Below are positions 20,946-31,261 of a DNA stretch of 64,000 bases, in pieces. The translations under genes were made by a program, and so were the position numbers. How positions within the stretch are numbered: position 1 is the first letter of the stretch; each line of letters starts with the position of its first letter. The DNA comes from an uncultured Gammaproteobacteria bacterium (GTDB lineage Bacteria; Pseudomonadota; Gammaproteobacteria; UBA9214): positions 1,592-65,591 of the forward strand of contig CAVXNM010000016.1 in the NCBI GenBank assembly GCA_963763115.1, read 5' to 3'. A model generated the notes under the pieces. That model searched no databases, was not told the DNA's origin, and saw nothing but the letters and a program-made list of their open reading frames with translations.

Positions 20946-21776
20946 TTGAAGAAATCACTGTTTTCCACGAGCATTGCCGTCCTGTTGGCCTCCACTGGGC
21001 ACTGCAACATTGGCGGCAACTGTAACCATCCCCAATACTTTCACGTCCGGTACGCCGGCGGTCGCGGCGCAGGTCAACGATAATTTCACCGCCGTAGCAG
21101 ACGCGGTAAACGCCAATGACAGCGCAATCACAGCGCTTCAGGCAGGCAGTGGCACTAGCTGCGCCGGTCAGGATGCGACCGATATCATGGTCCAGATTGG
21201 ATCCGTGTGTATCGACAAGTACGAGTCCAGCGTGTGGGACAGTGCCGCGGGCGGCGGTACTCAGTATGATGGCGTCGGATCGCCTTACCCCTGTGTCGCC
21301 GACGGCAGTGACTGTGGCAAACCTGCCCCATCTATGCCCGCAGTCAAGCCGGCGTGACTCCCTCGGCAAATATTGCCTGGTCCCAGGCGGTGCAGGCCTG
21401 CGCCAACGTCGGCAAACGGCTGCCCACAGCTGCCGAGTGGCAATTGGCTGCCTCGGGAACCCCGTCTGGCGTTAATGCTGATCCGGCCGCCGGTTGCAAC
21501 ACTGGCTCCGGAGCAGTTTCCACGACCGGCCTTGCAGGCACACGTGCGAGTCCAGCGGCGGTGCAGCCGATATGGTCGGTAACGTGTTGGAATGGGCAGC
21601 GGATCTCGTGGTCAATTACGGTGGCACCAGTAATACCAGTACCGATAACATGAAGGTCCTCTCTTTCGGTGATGACTACCTCAATTCAACTGCTCATGCC
21701 GAGTACAAAAGGTGTCTATGTGATCAACAACCCAATCACACCGGTAGGGTCGATTGGCTTCCGCTGCGTGCGTTAA
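20946..21776 (+). pseudogene. Secreted FGE-sulfatase/C-type-lectin-fold protein with tail-fibre-like N-terminus; about 4 frameshifts as sequenced
   Basis: RBS GAGAGG, TTG start MKKSLFSTSIAVLLA; IPNTFTSGTPAVAAQVNDNF; CIDKYE, WSQAVQAC..GKRLPTAAEW, DMVGNVLEW, terminal SIGFRCVR*. Confidence 0.75.
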
Positions 21777-21880
21777 CTCAGCGCGAGCTGCGACTGGTTG
21801 CGTGGTGCCGGAGCCCGGCACCACGCTACCAGCCTTACCGTCGACACCACAAAACAGCCGCTCGGTACACGAATTTCCGT

Positions 21881-23197
21881 TCAGGACGCTTGAATCTTAC
21901 CGGGCCGGGAAAAGTATTCGTTCTGCTCCAGCCGCAAGCGGTCGCACAGGCGCCCAGACGGCAATTCCACATCGTTGTAGCTAATCACTTCGTCCTTTGA
22001 AAGGTTGCGCTTCAGTCGGCAGCCTTCGGCAAGCCCCATGGGAAGCAGCTTCTCCCGGGCGACAATATCTGAATTTTCAGCCTGCCCATAGGTCATGTAA
22101 CATCCCAGACCATCCAGTACCTCAGATTCCTTCAGGTCTTTCTTGGCGGTTGTGATCACGTCGACCCGCGGCCGGTCGATGGGCGTTATGGCAGCATCTC
22201 CAAACAGGACAGCCCTCGCCACAGTGTTGGGAACCTCAAAATGACACAAATGGTAAGGGGTATAGAAGCAATAAAGCGGGCCCTCACCCAGTTTATAGAG
22301 GTTTAGATAGTGTTGCTGCGCGGGATGATCGTGGGTACCGAGCACGAAAACGCCTGCCCCTGGTTCCGCGCCCACCACGTAATCTACAATCCCGGACCCC
22401 TCGGTCACAGCATCAAGAGGATAGCGCTTGACGGCGTCGGCAAGCGGCGTGCCCGACGGGACTACAGGGCCAAACATGCCCCGCTTCGCCACCTTCATCC
22501 CGGTCGCATTCGCTACTATGGCCTGCTCGAATGATATCTTTGTCCCATCGGCAAAAGACGTAACCATATGCGGCTTCTGTTTCCATGTGCGGGCAAATGC
22601 CTGCTGCGTTGTCGGGTTCCTGTAAGGATCATGCAGGCCCTTTATGTTGCCGCACATCACCGGCCTTACGCCAATGCCCTTGACAAACCGGTACAGGTTC
22701 ATGATTACGCCCGGCTGGTCTCCATCAGCATTGGTGATGACAACGCCCCGCTTGTCTGCCTTCACCTTCAGTATGGGGCCAACCGTCCCGTCCAGTTCGG
22801 CATTCATCATGATGACATGTTTGCGGTGCTCGATGGCGCTGAGTACCACCTGGGCTCCGTACTCTACAGTCCCCGTCACTTCAATGATGGCGTCAATACC
22901 GGTGGCTTCGCATAGCAGGAACGGGTCTTCTGCAACCGCTGCGCGGCGCCGCGAAATTGCGTCTTCCAGCTGGCCGACGGTAGCAACCTCACAGATATCG
23001 TCGACACCGGCCTCCAGATAAGCGCGCCTGGCGCCATCAATATGCCGATTTGCGATGGCAACCAGATCCATTCCCGCAAAGGCAGAACTGAACTGGAGCG
23101 CTATACCCCGCCCCATGAACCCGGCTCCGACCATCGCCACCCTCACCGGATCGCCGGCTTCGTGGCGCTTGCGGAGAGCAGCATCGACTATTACCAC
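21881..23197 (-). CDS. NAD(P)-dependent oxidoreductase (homoserine-dehydrogenase-like) with C-terminal SAF domain
   Basis: GAGFMG, DGDQPG, FADGTK, YTPYHLCHFE, LDGLGCY, LPMGLAEG. Confidence 0.85.
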   Translation of the reverse strand: MVIVDAALRKRHEAGDPVRVAMVGAGFMGRGIALQFSSAFAGMDLVAIANRHIDGARRAYLEAGVDDICEVATVGQLEDAISRRRAAVAEDPFLLCEATGIDAIIEVTGTVEYGAQVVLSAIEHRKHVIMMNAELDGTVGPILKVKADKRGVVITNADGDQPGVIMNLYRFVKGIGVRPVMCGNIKGLHDPYRNPTTQQAFARTWKQKPHMVTSFADGTKISFEQAIVANATGMKVAKRGMFGPVVPSGTPLADAVKRYPLDAVTEGSGIVDYVVGAEPGAGVFVLGTHDHPAQQHYLNLYKLGEGPLYCFYTPYHLCHFEVPNTVARAVLFGDAAITPIDRPRVDVITTAKKDLKESEVLDGLGCYMTYGQAENSDIVAREKLLPMGLAEGCRLKRNLSKDEVISYNDVELPSGRLCDRLRLEQNEYFSRPGKIQAS

Positions 23198-23229
23198 GGT
23201 AACTTCCTCGCTAAACTGATTCAGCGGGT

Positions 23230-23760
23230 TTATGCGCCGAAATCAGGCCAGCCTGCGTCCTTCTCGGAGATAACCTCGACCGGACGCGACCATACGATAC
23301 CAAACGCAGGGTCGTTCCAACGCAAGCCCCGCTCCGCCCCCGGCGTATAGGCTTCCGATACCAGGTAAGTTACTTCAGTGTTGTCCTCCAGGGTGATAAA
23401 CCCGTGAGCAAAACCCGCCGGGACATACAGCATATTATAGTTGTCGGCCGTCAGTTCCACAGCGGTCCACCGTTTAAAGGTCAATGAGTCCGGCCGCAGA
23501 TCCACAATCACATCGTATATCCCGCCCCTGCTGCATCGCACCAGCTTGGTTTCCTCGTAAGGCGCGGCCTGGTAGTGCATTCCCCTCAGGGTACCTGCCC
23601 TGGTATTGAAGGAGGTATTCGCCTGTACGACTGTGGATACCAGGTTGTGCTGCTCGAACTCCTTCTGGCACCAGACTCTGGCAAAGAAACCACGGCTGTC
23701 TTCAAGCTTGTCCAGTTCAATGCGGTAGGCACCCTGAAGTTCCGTCTGGTGGAACTTCAC
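23230..23760 (-). CDS. rfbC: NDP-4-keto-6-deoxyhexose 3,5-epimerase (RmlC/RfbC family)
   Basis: DSRGFFAR, GTLRGMHYQ, VPAGFAHGF, RWNDP; GTG start at 23760. Confidence 0.9.
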   Translation of the reverse strand: MKFHQTELQGAYRIELDKLEDSRGFFARVWCQKEFEQHNLVSTVVQANTSFNTRAGTLRGMHYQAAPYEETKLVRCSRGGIYDVIVDLRPDSLTFKRWTAVELTADNYNMLYVPAGFAHGFITLEDNTEVTYLVSEAYTPGAERGLRWNDPAFGIVWSRPVEVISEKDAGWPDFGA

Positions 23761-23761
23761 C

Positions 23762-24804
23762 CTACTGCCACTCCAGATGGCTGTTGAGGCGGCCCTGTTC
23801 ACGGTGTTGCGCAATGACCTTCAGCCGGATCAGCTGGGAATTGCGGAAATCCCCGTCGTTGAACCGCATGAATTCCAAACGTTCTGCCAGATCTTCAATA
23901 GCCGTTTTCAGGGTCATCTGCGGCTGGTGATCCGCTGCGAGTTTCTCGTACAGGCTGAAATCAACCTGATATGAACGCTTATCCGCCGGCGCATCCGTAT
24001 TGATCGATACCGACACACCGGGAATGATCTCCGCGACCGCCTCTGCAAGATCGCGTACCTGGTAGTTCCAGCGTTGCTTCCTGAGTTCAGCGCGAGGAAA
24101 CGCCCACCGTTCGCGCTATCGCGATGGATTGCCCAGTCCATCGCCAGAGCCATGTCCCTGACATGAATCAGGGGCCGCCACGGCGTGCCGTCACTGAGGA
24201 CGGTTATCTGTTTGGATGCAATCGCGCCCGCAACAAAATCGTTTAAAACAAGGTCCAGTCGCAACCGGTCGCTGGCTCCACAGGCGGTCGCAAATCGGAG
24301 ACAGGTCACTACGAAACCGTCATCAGCCAGTTTATTCAGTTCTTCCTCCATGCCGATCTTCGACTTCGCGTAGGCAGTCAGCGGATTCAGCGGCGCCTGT
24401 TCGTCACGCGCCTCACCTTCGGCGAACCCATAGACGCTGCAGCTGGATGCAAACACAAAGCGGCTCACACCTGCTGCTTTAGCTTGTCTCGCCAGTTCGA
24501 TACTCGCCTGAAAGTTAATATCGTGCGTAACTTCCTTGAATCTATCGCCCATCGGGTCATTGGAAATTGCCGCCAGGTGCACAACAGCATCGACGCCTGC
24601 AAAAAGGCCCTGCGGCAGCTTTCTCAGGTCGGCGAAATGTTGAACGTCCAGCCGGTTTTCGGGAAAGACAGTGACACCTGTCAGGCAATGGGCAAAATAG
24701 CCGGTGTCAATGCCAATCAGTACCGCCCCCGGAGTCGAACGCCGCAGCCGTTCCAGCAGGACTGGTCCAACGTAGCCCATATTCCCCGTAATCAAAATCT
24801 TCAT
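23762..24804 (-). pseudogene. NAD-dependent epimerase/dehydratase; frameshift near 24065 as sequenced
   Basis: MKILITGNMGYVG, SSCSVYG, YAKSK, RLRLDLVLN; C-terminus continues in ORF 23762-24016 (DKRSYQVDF). Confidence 0.85.
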
Positions 24805-24892
24805 AGCCGCAGCCCCCAATGTAGTACCCGAATACAGTGACAAAGCAACCTTCCAGTATACTGAATCTTGTTAGATTCGTCGCATTTCACTC

Positions 24893-25810
24893 TCATGTTG
24901 CATTGCTTCTATACCAGTCTGCTGTCTGCTTCAATCCCTCGAGCAGCAACGTCTTCGGCTTCCAGCCTGACAGGTGGCAGGCCTGAGCAACATCGGCGAC
25001 GCGCACTCTCTCAAATGGACGATCGGCAAGGCTCCCGAACTCCGGCCGCAAGCCAGGCTCTATAATGTCTGCCAGTTGTTCGACGATGTGACGTACAAAC
25101 GTCAACTGCCCTGAACCAACATCGATTGCCTTACCGTCTATTCCCTGCGTGCAGGCAAGTGTAAGATACGCATCGACAACATCGTCAACATACACCCAGT
25201 CAACCTCACGTGTGCCGCTCATCAGCTGCGGCAACTGCCCCCGCAGCAGAGATAGTGTTGTATAGGGGATCAGTTTAGAATGGTCCTTCTGATTCGGGCC
25301 ATATACCATGAACAACCGCGCTGTAACCACGGGGGTACCATAAAGTGCATGAAACATCCGGGCGTATGCACTTGCCGCACTCTTTGCAGCTGCATAAGGG
25401 GATACAGGGCTAACCGTCTCGGCATCGCCCTCGGCCTCCTCAAGCGATCCTGTCAGTACAACTTTTGGCACCCCGTATTCGGTAGCAGCGACAAGCAGAT
25501 TCACAGTACTCAACAGATTACCGCGCAATGCCGGCAGCACAAACTGTATTTCACGCTTACCGGACACGAAACTCGCCAGATGGAAAATAATATCTGGTGC
25601 AACGGATTCCACAACCCGTCTGGTAGCGCCCTCGTCCTCCAGTTCCGCCTGCCACCATCTGAAAACTCTCCCCCTGCTCCGCGGGGCACGCGAGACGCCA
25701 TGCACAATAGCCCCGAGCTGGTTTAATCGATCACACAGGTGCGAGCCGATAAATCCGCTCGCACCTGTTACCAGTATCGTTCTCTGGCTGAACGATGTAC
25801 TGTCAAACAT
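24893..25810 (-). CDS. NAD-dependent epimerase/dehydratase
   Basis: TGASGFIG, YAAAK, VYGPNQ. Confidence 0.88.
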   Translation of the reverse strand: MFDSTSFSQRTILVTGASGFIGSHLCDRLNQLGAIVHGVSRAPRSRGRVFRWWQAELEDEGATRRVVESVAPDIIFHLASFVSGKREIQFVLPALRGNLLSTVNLLVAATEYGVPKVVLTGSLEEAEGDAETVSPVSPYAAAKSAASAYARMFHALYGTPVVTARLFMVYGPNQKDHSKLIPYTTLSLLRGQLPQLMSGTREVDWVYVDDVVDAYLTLACTQGIDGKAIDVGSGQLTFVRHIVEQLADIIEPGLRPEFGSLADRPFERVRVADVAQACHLSGWKPKTLLLEGLKQTADWYRSNAT

Positions 25811-25874
25811 GAGTCCTCCATAATTGCCCTTATCTGCAATCCAGCGGAAGCAGCATTCGGACAACAGACGTAAT

Positions 25875-27179
25875 TCAGTTTTCCTTTAACAGGTCACAGC
25901 GCAGCAGCGCCTCTGCGGCATTCCGGATTTCAGAAAATGGCTCCCCCGAGCGTTCGGCTATCCGCAGCAGATCATGTTCTCCGTCTGATAAATTTAACGT
26001 CCAAAGCAATGCCATTTCTTTCAGTTTTGCTCCGGCCGTGGCTCCCACATTGCCGTATAGCCCACGTTTACCGAGCTGTGGTTCACACTTCGGATTCTTA
26101 TTCCAATAGGTCTTATTATTTTCAAGCACATCGAAGACATCGAGAAACGTCGCAAACGATTGCGCCAGGTATTCCGGTTTCACCAAGTCCAGATTATCCG
26201 CAGAGGTATGGTACTCCGGGTACTGTCCGTGACTACTTCTTGACAGGCTTCCTACGGCGAGGTTAAATCCTGGCGAGCAATACTGGCGTTCGTCATAGCC
26301 ATATGGATAGAAGTCTACTTCGCGAAACCCCTGGCGCAACTGCCCGAGCACATGCAAGACCGCACGATCTATTTCCGCCGTTCCACGCCTGCTTTTTTTA
26401 TAAGTAAAGGCACCACCATCACCCACGCATGTCACAACAAGCCCGTGCTTTATATTTTTTGTTCGGTCCTCGTTCAGAGCCAGCCAGGTAATCGAGCCGA
26501 TTGTTCCTGGAATAAACAGGAACCGATACGAATAGCGCGACTGCCGGCTCGCAAGATAATCCGCCAGGTACGTTGTAAGCGCAATGCCGGACAGGTTGTC
26601 ATTGCATAGCGACGGATGACAGACATGGCAAGATAACAGCACTTCTTCGTCCGTTTCACCCGGAATATACAATTCACCATACGTTAGATAGCCGGGCTCC
26701 AATGTCGAGTCAATAACGACCTCATACTCGCCGGCTGGCAGCGATTCGGCCTGACTATGTGGGACACAGAACCCCCAATTCTCCTTGTAATAAGACGTGC
26801 GGTAAGGCACCCAATCCGGATGTTCCGGGAGTGAAAAAAGGTGTTGCCGTAATTCATCAAGTGTCACTGTTTTATGAACAGGGATGCTGTAATTAAGCAC
26901 GTGAAGATTGCTCGCTTTGAAATCCGCAATTTTCGCGCCTTTTGGAGTGATGATGTACGCATCATCGATATTCCACTCACGTGGTACGACCCAGTCGAAT
27001 ACGGGTGTGCCACTGGACACTTCGTTCACCGTAAGTGGGACTATCTCCCTGATGCGCTCAAGCGTGTGTCGCACTCCATTTCCGGTTATGCTCCGGCACA
27101 CAGGGTAAAGCTCTTCTATCAGCGCATACATACGCTGGCCGATACTGTCTGAGCAGAGGGATTCGGTGTTGTCGCTCAT
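25875..27179 (-). CDS. DUF4910 aminopeptidase-like polysaccharide biosynthesis protein
   Basis: CRSITGNGVR, PYRTSYY, HPSLCNDNLSG, GYDERQYCSPG, YHTSADN, CEPQLGKRGLY. Confidence 0.88.
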   Translation of the reverse strand: MSDNTESLCSDSIGQRMYALIEELYPVCRSITGNGVRHTLERIREIVPLTVNEVSSGTPVFDWVVPREWNIDDAYIITPKGAKIADFKASNLHVLNYSIPVHKTVTLDELRQHLFSLPEHPDWVPYRTSYYKENWGFCVPHSQAESLPAGEYEVVIDSTLEPGYLTYGELYIPGETDEEVLLSCHVCHPSLCNDNLSGIALTTYLADYLASRQSRYSYRFLFIPGTIGSITWLALNEDRTKNIKHGLVVTCVGDGGAFTYKKSRRGTAEIDRAVLHVLGQLRQGFREVDFYPYGYDERQYCSPGFNLAVGSLSRSSHGQYPEYHTSADNLDLVKPEYLAQSFATFLDVFDVLENNKTYWNKNPKCEPQLGKRGLYGNVGATAGAKLKEMALLWTLNLSDGEHDLLRIAERSGEPFSEIRNAAEALLRCDLLKEN

Positions 27180-27245
27180 TAGCCACCTCACAGTTCACGG
27201 CCCCCGGGTCAATGAAGGGATTCCTGTTGTGTACGTCCTGCCTGC

Positions 27246-28487
27246 TCAGTAGACCTGCAATTCCGGGATAGGTACCACAAACCGGCCACCCCATTCCCGA
27301 ATGTGCGCCATTTGTCGCATGATTTCTTCTTTCAAATTCCAGGGTAGAATCAACACATAATCCGGCTTGGTTTCGCTGATCCTTTCCGGTGGAAAAATCG
27401 GCAAATGCGTACCTGGCAGAAAAAGGCCTTGTTTGTGGGGACTCAAGTCCACTGTGTAGTCGATAAAATCGTTGCGGATACCGCAGTAGTTAAGCAGTGT
27501 GTTACCTTTGGCCGGCGCACCGTACCCGACAATTGTCCTGCCTTCGGTCTTTGCCTCAATTAGAAACGAAAGCAGTCTACGCTTTGTCTCCTTGACCCTT
27601 TCGGCATAGCTTGTGTAAATACCTGTGTCTGTAAATCCCGCTCGAATCTCCAGTTCGCGTAGATTGTTCACGGACTCAAGCACCGGCCTGCTGTCGTCCG
27701 AATCGTGCCTGGCATAGATGCGCAACGAGCCACCGTGGGTCGGGATTTCCTCAACGTCGAAGATGACCAGGCCAAACGCGGCAAACACCTTTTCGACGGT
27801 AACGAGTGAAAAATAGGAAAAATGCTCGTGATAAATCGTGTCAAACTGGTTGAATTCTATTAGTTGTTTTAGGTGCGGGAACTCCATCGTTATAATTCCC
27901 CGCGGCGCCAGAAGAATTTTCATGCCCTGGACAAAGTCATTGAGATCGGGGACATGCGCCAGGACATTGTTTCCGACAAGCAGGTCCGCCTCGATGCCGT
28001 CCGCAACCATATCGGTTGCTGTGTTTACACCAAAGAATTTCACCAGCGAAGGTATACCGAGTTCTTCCGCCGCTCTTGCGACATTGGCGCACGGTTCAAC
28101 GCCCAGAATCCTGGCTCCGATTGGAACAAAATTCTTCAAGAGATACCCGTCATTGCTGGCGATCTCTACCACTTGCGATTCATTGTTGATGCTGAAGCGC
28201 TCAGTCACTTTCAATGAATATTGCCGTGCATGCTCGAGCCAGCTTTCTGAATATGATGAAAAATATGCGTATTCATCACTGAAAATCGCATCCGCCGCCT
28301 GAAACTGCTCCAGCTGAACCAGCCAACACTGCTCACAAACGTAGGCATGCAGTGGATAGAATGGCTCCATGGAACTGAGCTTTTCCAGCTTGATATTGTC
28401 GTTGGAAACCGGTGACATCCCCAAGTCGGCGACCGAAACGTGCAGCGGGCTGGCGCAAAACCGGCACTTTCTTTCTTGAACGACCAT
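27246..28487 (-). CDS. NDP-sugar C-methyltransferase-like SAM-dependent methyltransferase
   Basis: CRFC/CEQC Zn site, EIASNDG, NVLAHVPD, FDTIYHEH, YGAPAKGNTLLNY, LPWN. Confidence 0.9.
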   Translation of the reverse strand: MVVQERKCRFCASPLHVSVADLGMSPVSNDNIKLEKLSSMEPFYPLHAYVCEQCWLVQLEQFQAADAIFSDEYAYFSSYSESWLEHARQYSLKVTERFSINNESQVVEIASNDGYLLKNFVPIGARILGVEPCANVARAAEELGIPSLVKFFGVNTATDMVADGIEADLLVGNNVLAHVPDLNDFVQGMKILLAPRGIITMEFPHLKQLIEFNQFDTIYHEHFSYFSLVTVEKVFAAFGLVIFDVEEIPTHGGSLRIYARHDSDDSRPVLESVNNLRELEIRAGFTDTGIYTSYAERVKETKRRLLSFLIEAKTEGRTIVGYGAPAKGNTLLNYCGIRNDFIDYTVDLSPHKQGLFLPGTHLPIFPPERISETKPDYVLILPWNLKEEIMRQMAHIREWGGRFVVPIPELQVY

Positions 28488-28566
28488 CAGTCGATCTCCT
28501 TTTATGCTCTACCTATGTATAGACTTTTCGTTATCAGCAAAGTCAGAAAGCCAGCGCACGCAGCAG

Positions 28567-29775
28567 TCACCTGATCAACTCACAAATCTGCTGGAACGCA
28601 TACTCACTGAATGACATGGCGCATGTGAATGCCGGTGACACAGCATTAAGTATATGGAATGACTTGCTGTCCCCTTCCAGCCTGAAATCCATTTCCAGTT
28701 TCCTCGAGCGCGTATCCAGCAACTGTGCACGTATCCCCGGCTCTCCCCACCGAGTGTAGTATTCTGACCGGACATCACTGACCATTTCAGCGGCGAGCGC
28801 TACAAGATGTGGCCGATACATTTTCTGCATCTCATTCCAGGCGAGCTTCCTGAACTCAAAATCATTGCGGATAAAAAGCTCCGCTTCCCGACCCAGCACT
28901 TCCATAAGCTCCCCAATACGAAAGTTCTCGAATCCTTTGTACTGCTCTCTCCAGAAGCAGGGTATTGCGGTTGGCCCTATCTTGGTATGCCCACGAAGAG
29001 TGACAGTATGGTGCACCCCGAGAAACGGGTTACGAAGATCAGGAACGGGGTAAATATTGGTGTTCAAAGGTTTTGCGGTATCGCTCGCATATAGATACAA
29101 GCCCTTGAAGGGCAGGATCCGGTAGTGTTGCGAAAACCCGTAATCCTTTGCAATCTTGTCGGCGTATAAACCGGCGGCATTGATAACGTAGCCGGCGCTG
29201 ATATCTCCTTTAGTAGTTCTCACAACCCCATCTTTCATACCCAGATATTCAGTGCTGTTAAGCATGCGTATACCAACTTGCTTCGCTTTGGAAACAAATG
29301 AGTCCATTAACTCCCGCGGATCAACGCTGGCCGTGGTTGGCGAAAACAATGCATATTGGTGTGTACATACACGGGGCTCTATTTCTTTTGCTTCTGTCTC
29401 GGTGATCTTGTAGAGATCCACCTCATTCACCTGCGCCCTTGACAGAAGTTCATCCAGCACCGGCAACTCGTCAGCGTTCTTTGCAACGACCAGCTTTCCG
29501 CACCGGTTGATACCTAAATTATTTTCAGCGCAGAAATCAGTCAGGCGCCGATTGCCATCTCTGGTTAACCGCGCTTTAAGGCTATTTGCCGTGTAATAGA
29601 AGCCAGCATGCAGAACACCACTGTTTCGGCCGCTCGCATGTTCGCCGTAGCGCTCCTCTTTCTCGATTGTCGTGACCTGGGCATCGGGGAAACGGCGTTT
29701 TGATTCGAGGGCAAGATTTACACCAATGACACCACCACCGATAACCAGGAAATCACTTGTAACGTTACCCACCAA
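28567..29775 (-). CDS. lhgO: L-2-hydroxyglutarate oxidase family FAD oxidoreductase
   Basis: IGGGVIG, HASGRNSGVLHAG, YPVPD..PFLGVH, GIRAQ, NAVSPAFT. Confidence 0.85.
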   Translation of the reverse strand: MVGNVTSDFLVIGGGVIGVNLALESKRRFPDAQVTTIEKEERYGEHASGRNSGVLHAGFYYTANSLKARLTRDGNRRLTDFCAENNLGINRCGKLVVAKNADELPVLDELLSRAQVNEVDLYKITETEAKEIEPRVCTHQYALFSPTTASVDPRELMDSFVSKAKQVGIRMLNSTEYLGMKDGVVRTTKGDISAGYVINAAGLYADKIAKDYGFSQHYRILPFKGLYLYASDTAKPLNTNIYPVPDLRNPFLGVHHTVTLRGHTKIGPTAIPCFWREQYKGFENFRIGELMEVLGREAELFIRNDFEFRKLAWNEMQKMYRPHLVALAAEMVSDVRSEYYTRWGEPGIRAQLLDTRSRKLEMDFRLEGDSKSFHILNAVSPAFTCAMSFSEYAFQQICELIR

Positions 29776-29884
29776 TGCCCCCTATTCGATACTTTGCCAG
29801 TACGCAATTATCAACTGATTTGATTCGAGTTCGCTGCCGGTAGCAGCCGCTTGCCTGTGGAGGCGATTCTCCACGAAACCTCAC

Positions 29885-30320
29885 GCTGATCCATGTTTAG
29901 TATAGAAGATATAGACGCCCCCTCCTACCCTGAGGGTTACCATGGCTGATGGATGTCTCAGCGGTCTGAGGGCATCAGAGCATACAGGAGGCGTCTATGA
30001 ATCGGAACATAGTTTATGCCGGGATCGATGTCGATGACGTGCGTTCCCACGGTTGTGGATTGGATCCGCGCACGTGCGAGGTGCTGGACTTCCACTGTCG
30101 TCCGACATTGAAGCGCTGGCGGTGGCACCCAGGTATCGAGACTCGGTCAAGGCGTTGACCTGTTACAAGGGCATCAAGCATCTGTTCGCCTTGACGATGA
30201 TCACCGAGATCGGTGATGTGAAACGTTTCGCCCATCCGCGGCAGTTGGTTTCCTGGGTCGGTATGGACATACGGGAATACGCGTCGGGGGGCAAATCACA
30301 CCGCTTTGGCATCACCCGGC
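29885..30320 (+). mobile_element. IS110-family element remnant (non-coding left end + internally deleted transposase)
   Basis: ATG 29997 MNRNIVYAGIDVDD (RuvC-like start) joined to KGIKHLFALTMITEIGDVKRFAHPRQLVSWVGM..REYASGG (Tnp domain with catalytic Ser region). Confidence 0.8.
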
Positions 30321-30407
30321 GGAAACTACGTATGGCCGGGGTGCAGGGGGTGTCACCGTGCTGTTGTCCGTCTACAGTACAAACACGACATGCCCGGCCG
30401 TCCATGG

Positions 30408-30582
30408 CATGTCTGGTTTAGACCCGACTCCAGACCTTTAGCCTTTTCATATCCAGCTTTCAGACCTGCCCGGCATACCCTTGAGCACCCCGATCAGCCG
30501 CCACGCGATCCGCTCCAGCACCTGCGCCTGGTCGGCATCACCCTTGAGTCGGGCCCGCTCCATCTCGGCGATCACGTCCCAC
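30408..30582 (-). repeat. Copy 1 of small-ORF + palindromic-site module (5'-truncated ORF)
   Basis: WDVIAEMERARLKGDADQAQVLERIAWRLIGVLKG then GCTAAAGGTCTGGA...CCAGACAT; homologous to 35602-35814. Confidence 0.75.
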
Positions 30583-30646
30583 CCCGGGAAGCCAACGAAC
30601 AGACCCCGCCCATGTGACGGGGTTCCTTTTGTCCGTTGCAGGAACG

Positions 30647-31261
30647 TTAGGGATCATTATTCTGTAATATCATGGGACATTCTTTAATTTTTGCGTCAGG
30701 ACATACTTTACTCAATATTATATTTAGAGTGGGTGTCCGACTGAGCACGAATTTGTTTAGCAAGTGTTCGGCACACGATGCATGCTTCGCTGCTTGGAAA
30801 AATACGCGGGTAGCGCTATATGCATCCTTCTTCAAATACTCACGTCCACGATCGGGCTTTATCCCGCTTTGATGTTGTTTGATCGCTTCCCCGAAAGGTT
30901 CTAACTTTTTCTCCATATCTGCGTATTGCGAAAGGAAGAAAGTAAGATGCGCTGCTATCATGACATTAATTGGCATGATGCGTGCCATAGCAGGTTCTAG
31001 GGAGGGTATAAGTTTGGGTCGTTGCCAAACCAACTTCTCCGCAATAAATGCTGCGCGATCATCTGAATTGGTAAAACTTTTCTCGTCAGCTAGATCGTTG
31101 AGCAATCTGGCAGCTATGCGAACTGGCACAAGCGTTGATACAATCAGCATTGAGGCGGAAAGATCCTCACGTCGTTCAACCCTAAAAGCCACAATTAAAG
31201 CAGCCAACAGAGCAATGACGCCGCCTAGGACTGATCCGATTAGCGTCTGCCAATCTTTCAA
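30647..31261 (-). CDS. Hypothetical membrane-anchored protein, putative integron gene cassette
   Basis: N-terminal TM WQTLIGSVLGGVIALLAALIVA; stop TAA lies in CCCTAAC (R''-like); attI-like sequence upstream. Confidence 0.65.
   Translation of the reverse strand: MKDWQTLIGSVLGGVIALLAALIVAFRVERREDLSASMLIVSTLVPVRIAARLLNDLADEKSFTNSDDRAAFIAEKLVWQRPKLIPSLEPAMARIMPINVMIAAHLTFFLSQYADMEKKLEPFGEAIKQHQSGIKPDRGREYLKKDAYSATRVFFQAAKHASCAEHLLNKFVLSRTPTLNIILSKVCPDAKIKECPMILQNNDP

Noticed and set aside
21560-21776. Diversity-generating retroelement targeting the CLec/FGE protein
   Set aside because: No reverse transcriptase, Avd or second copy (TR) of the 3' region seen in the window; could only act in trans
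29780-29880. JUMPstart/ops element ahead of the glycan operon
   Set aside because: No GGCGGTAG in the transcribed (minus) orientation
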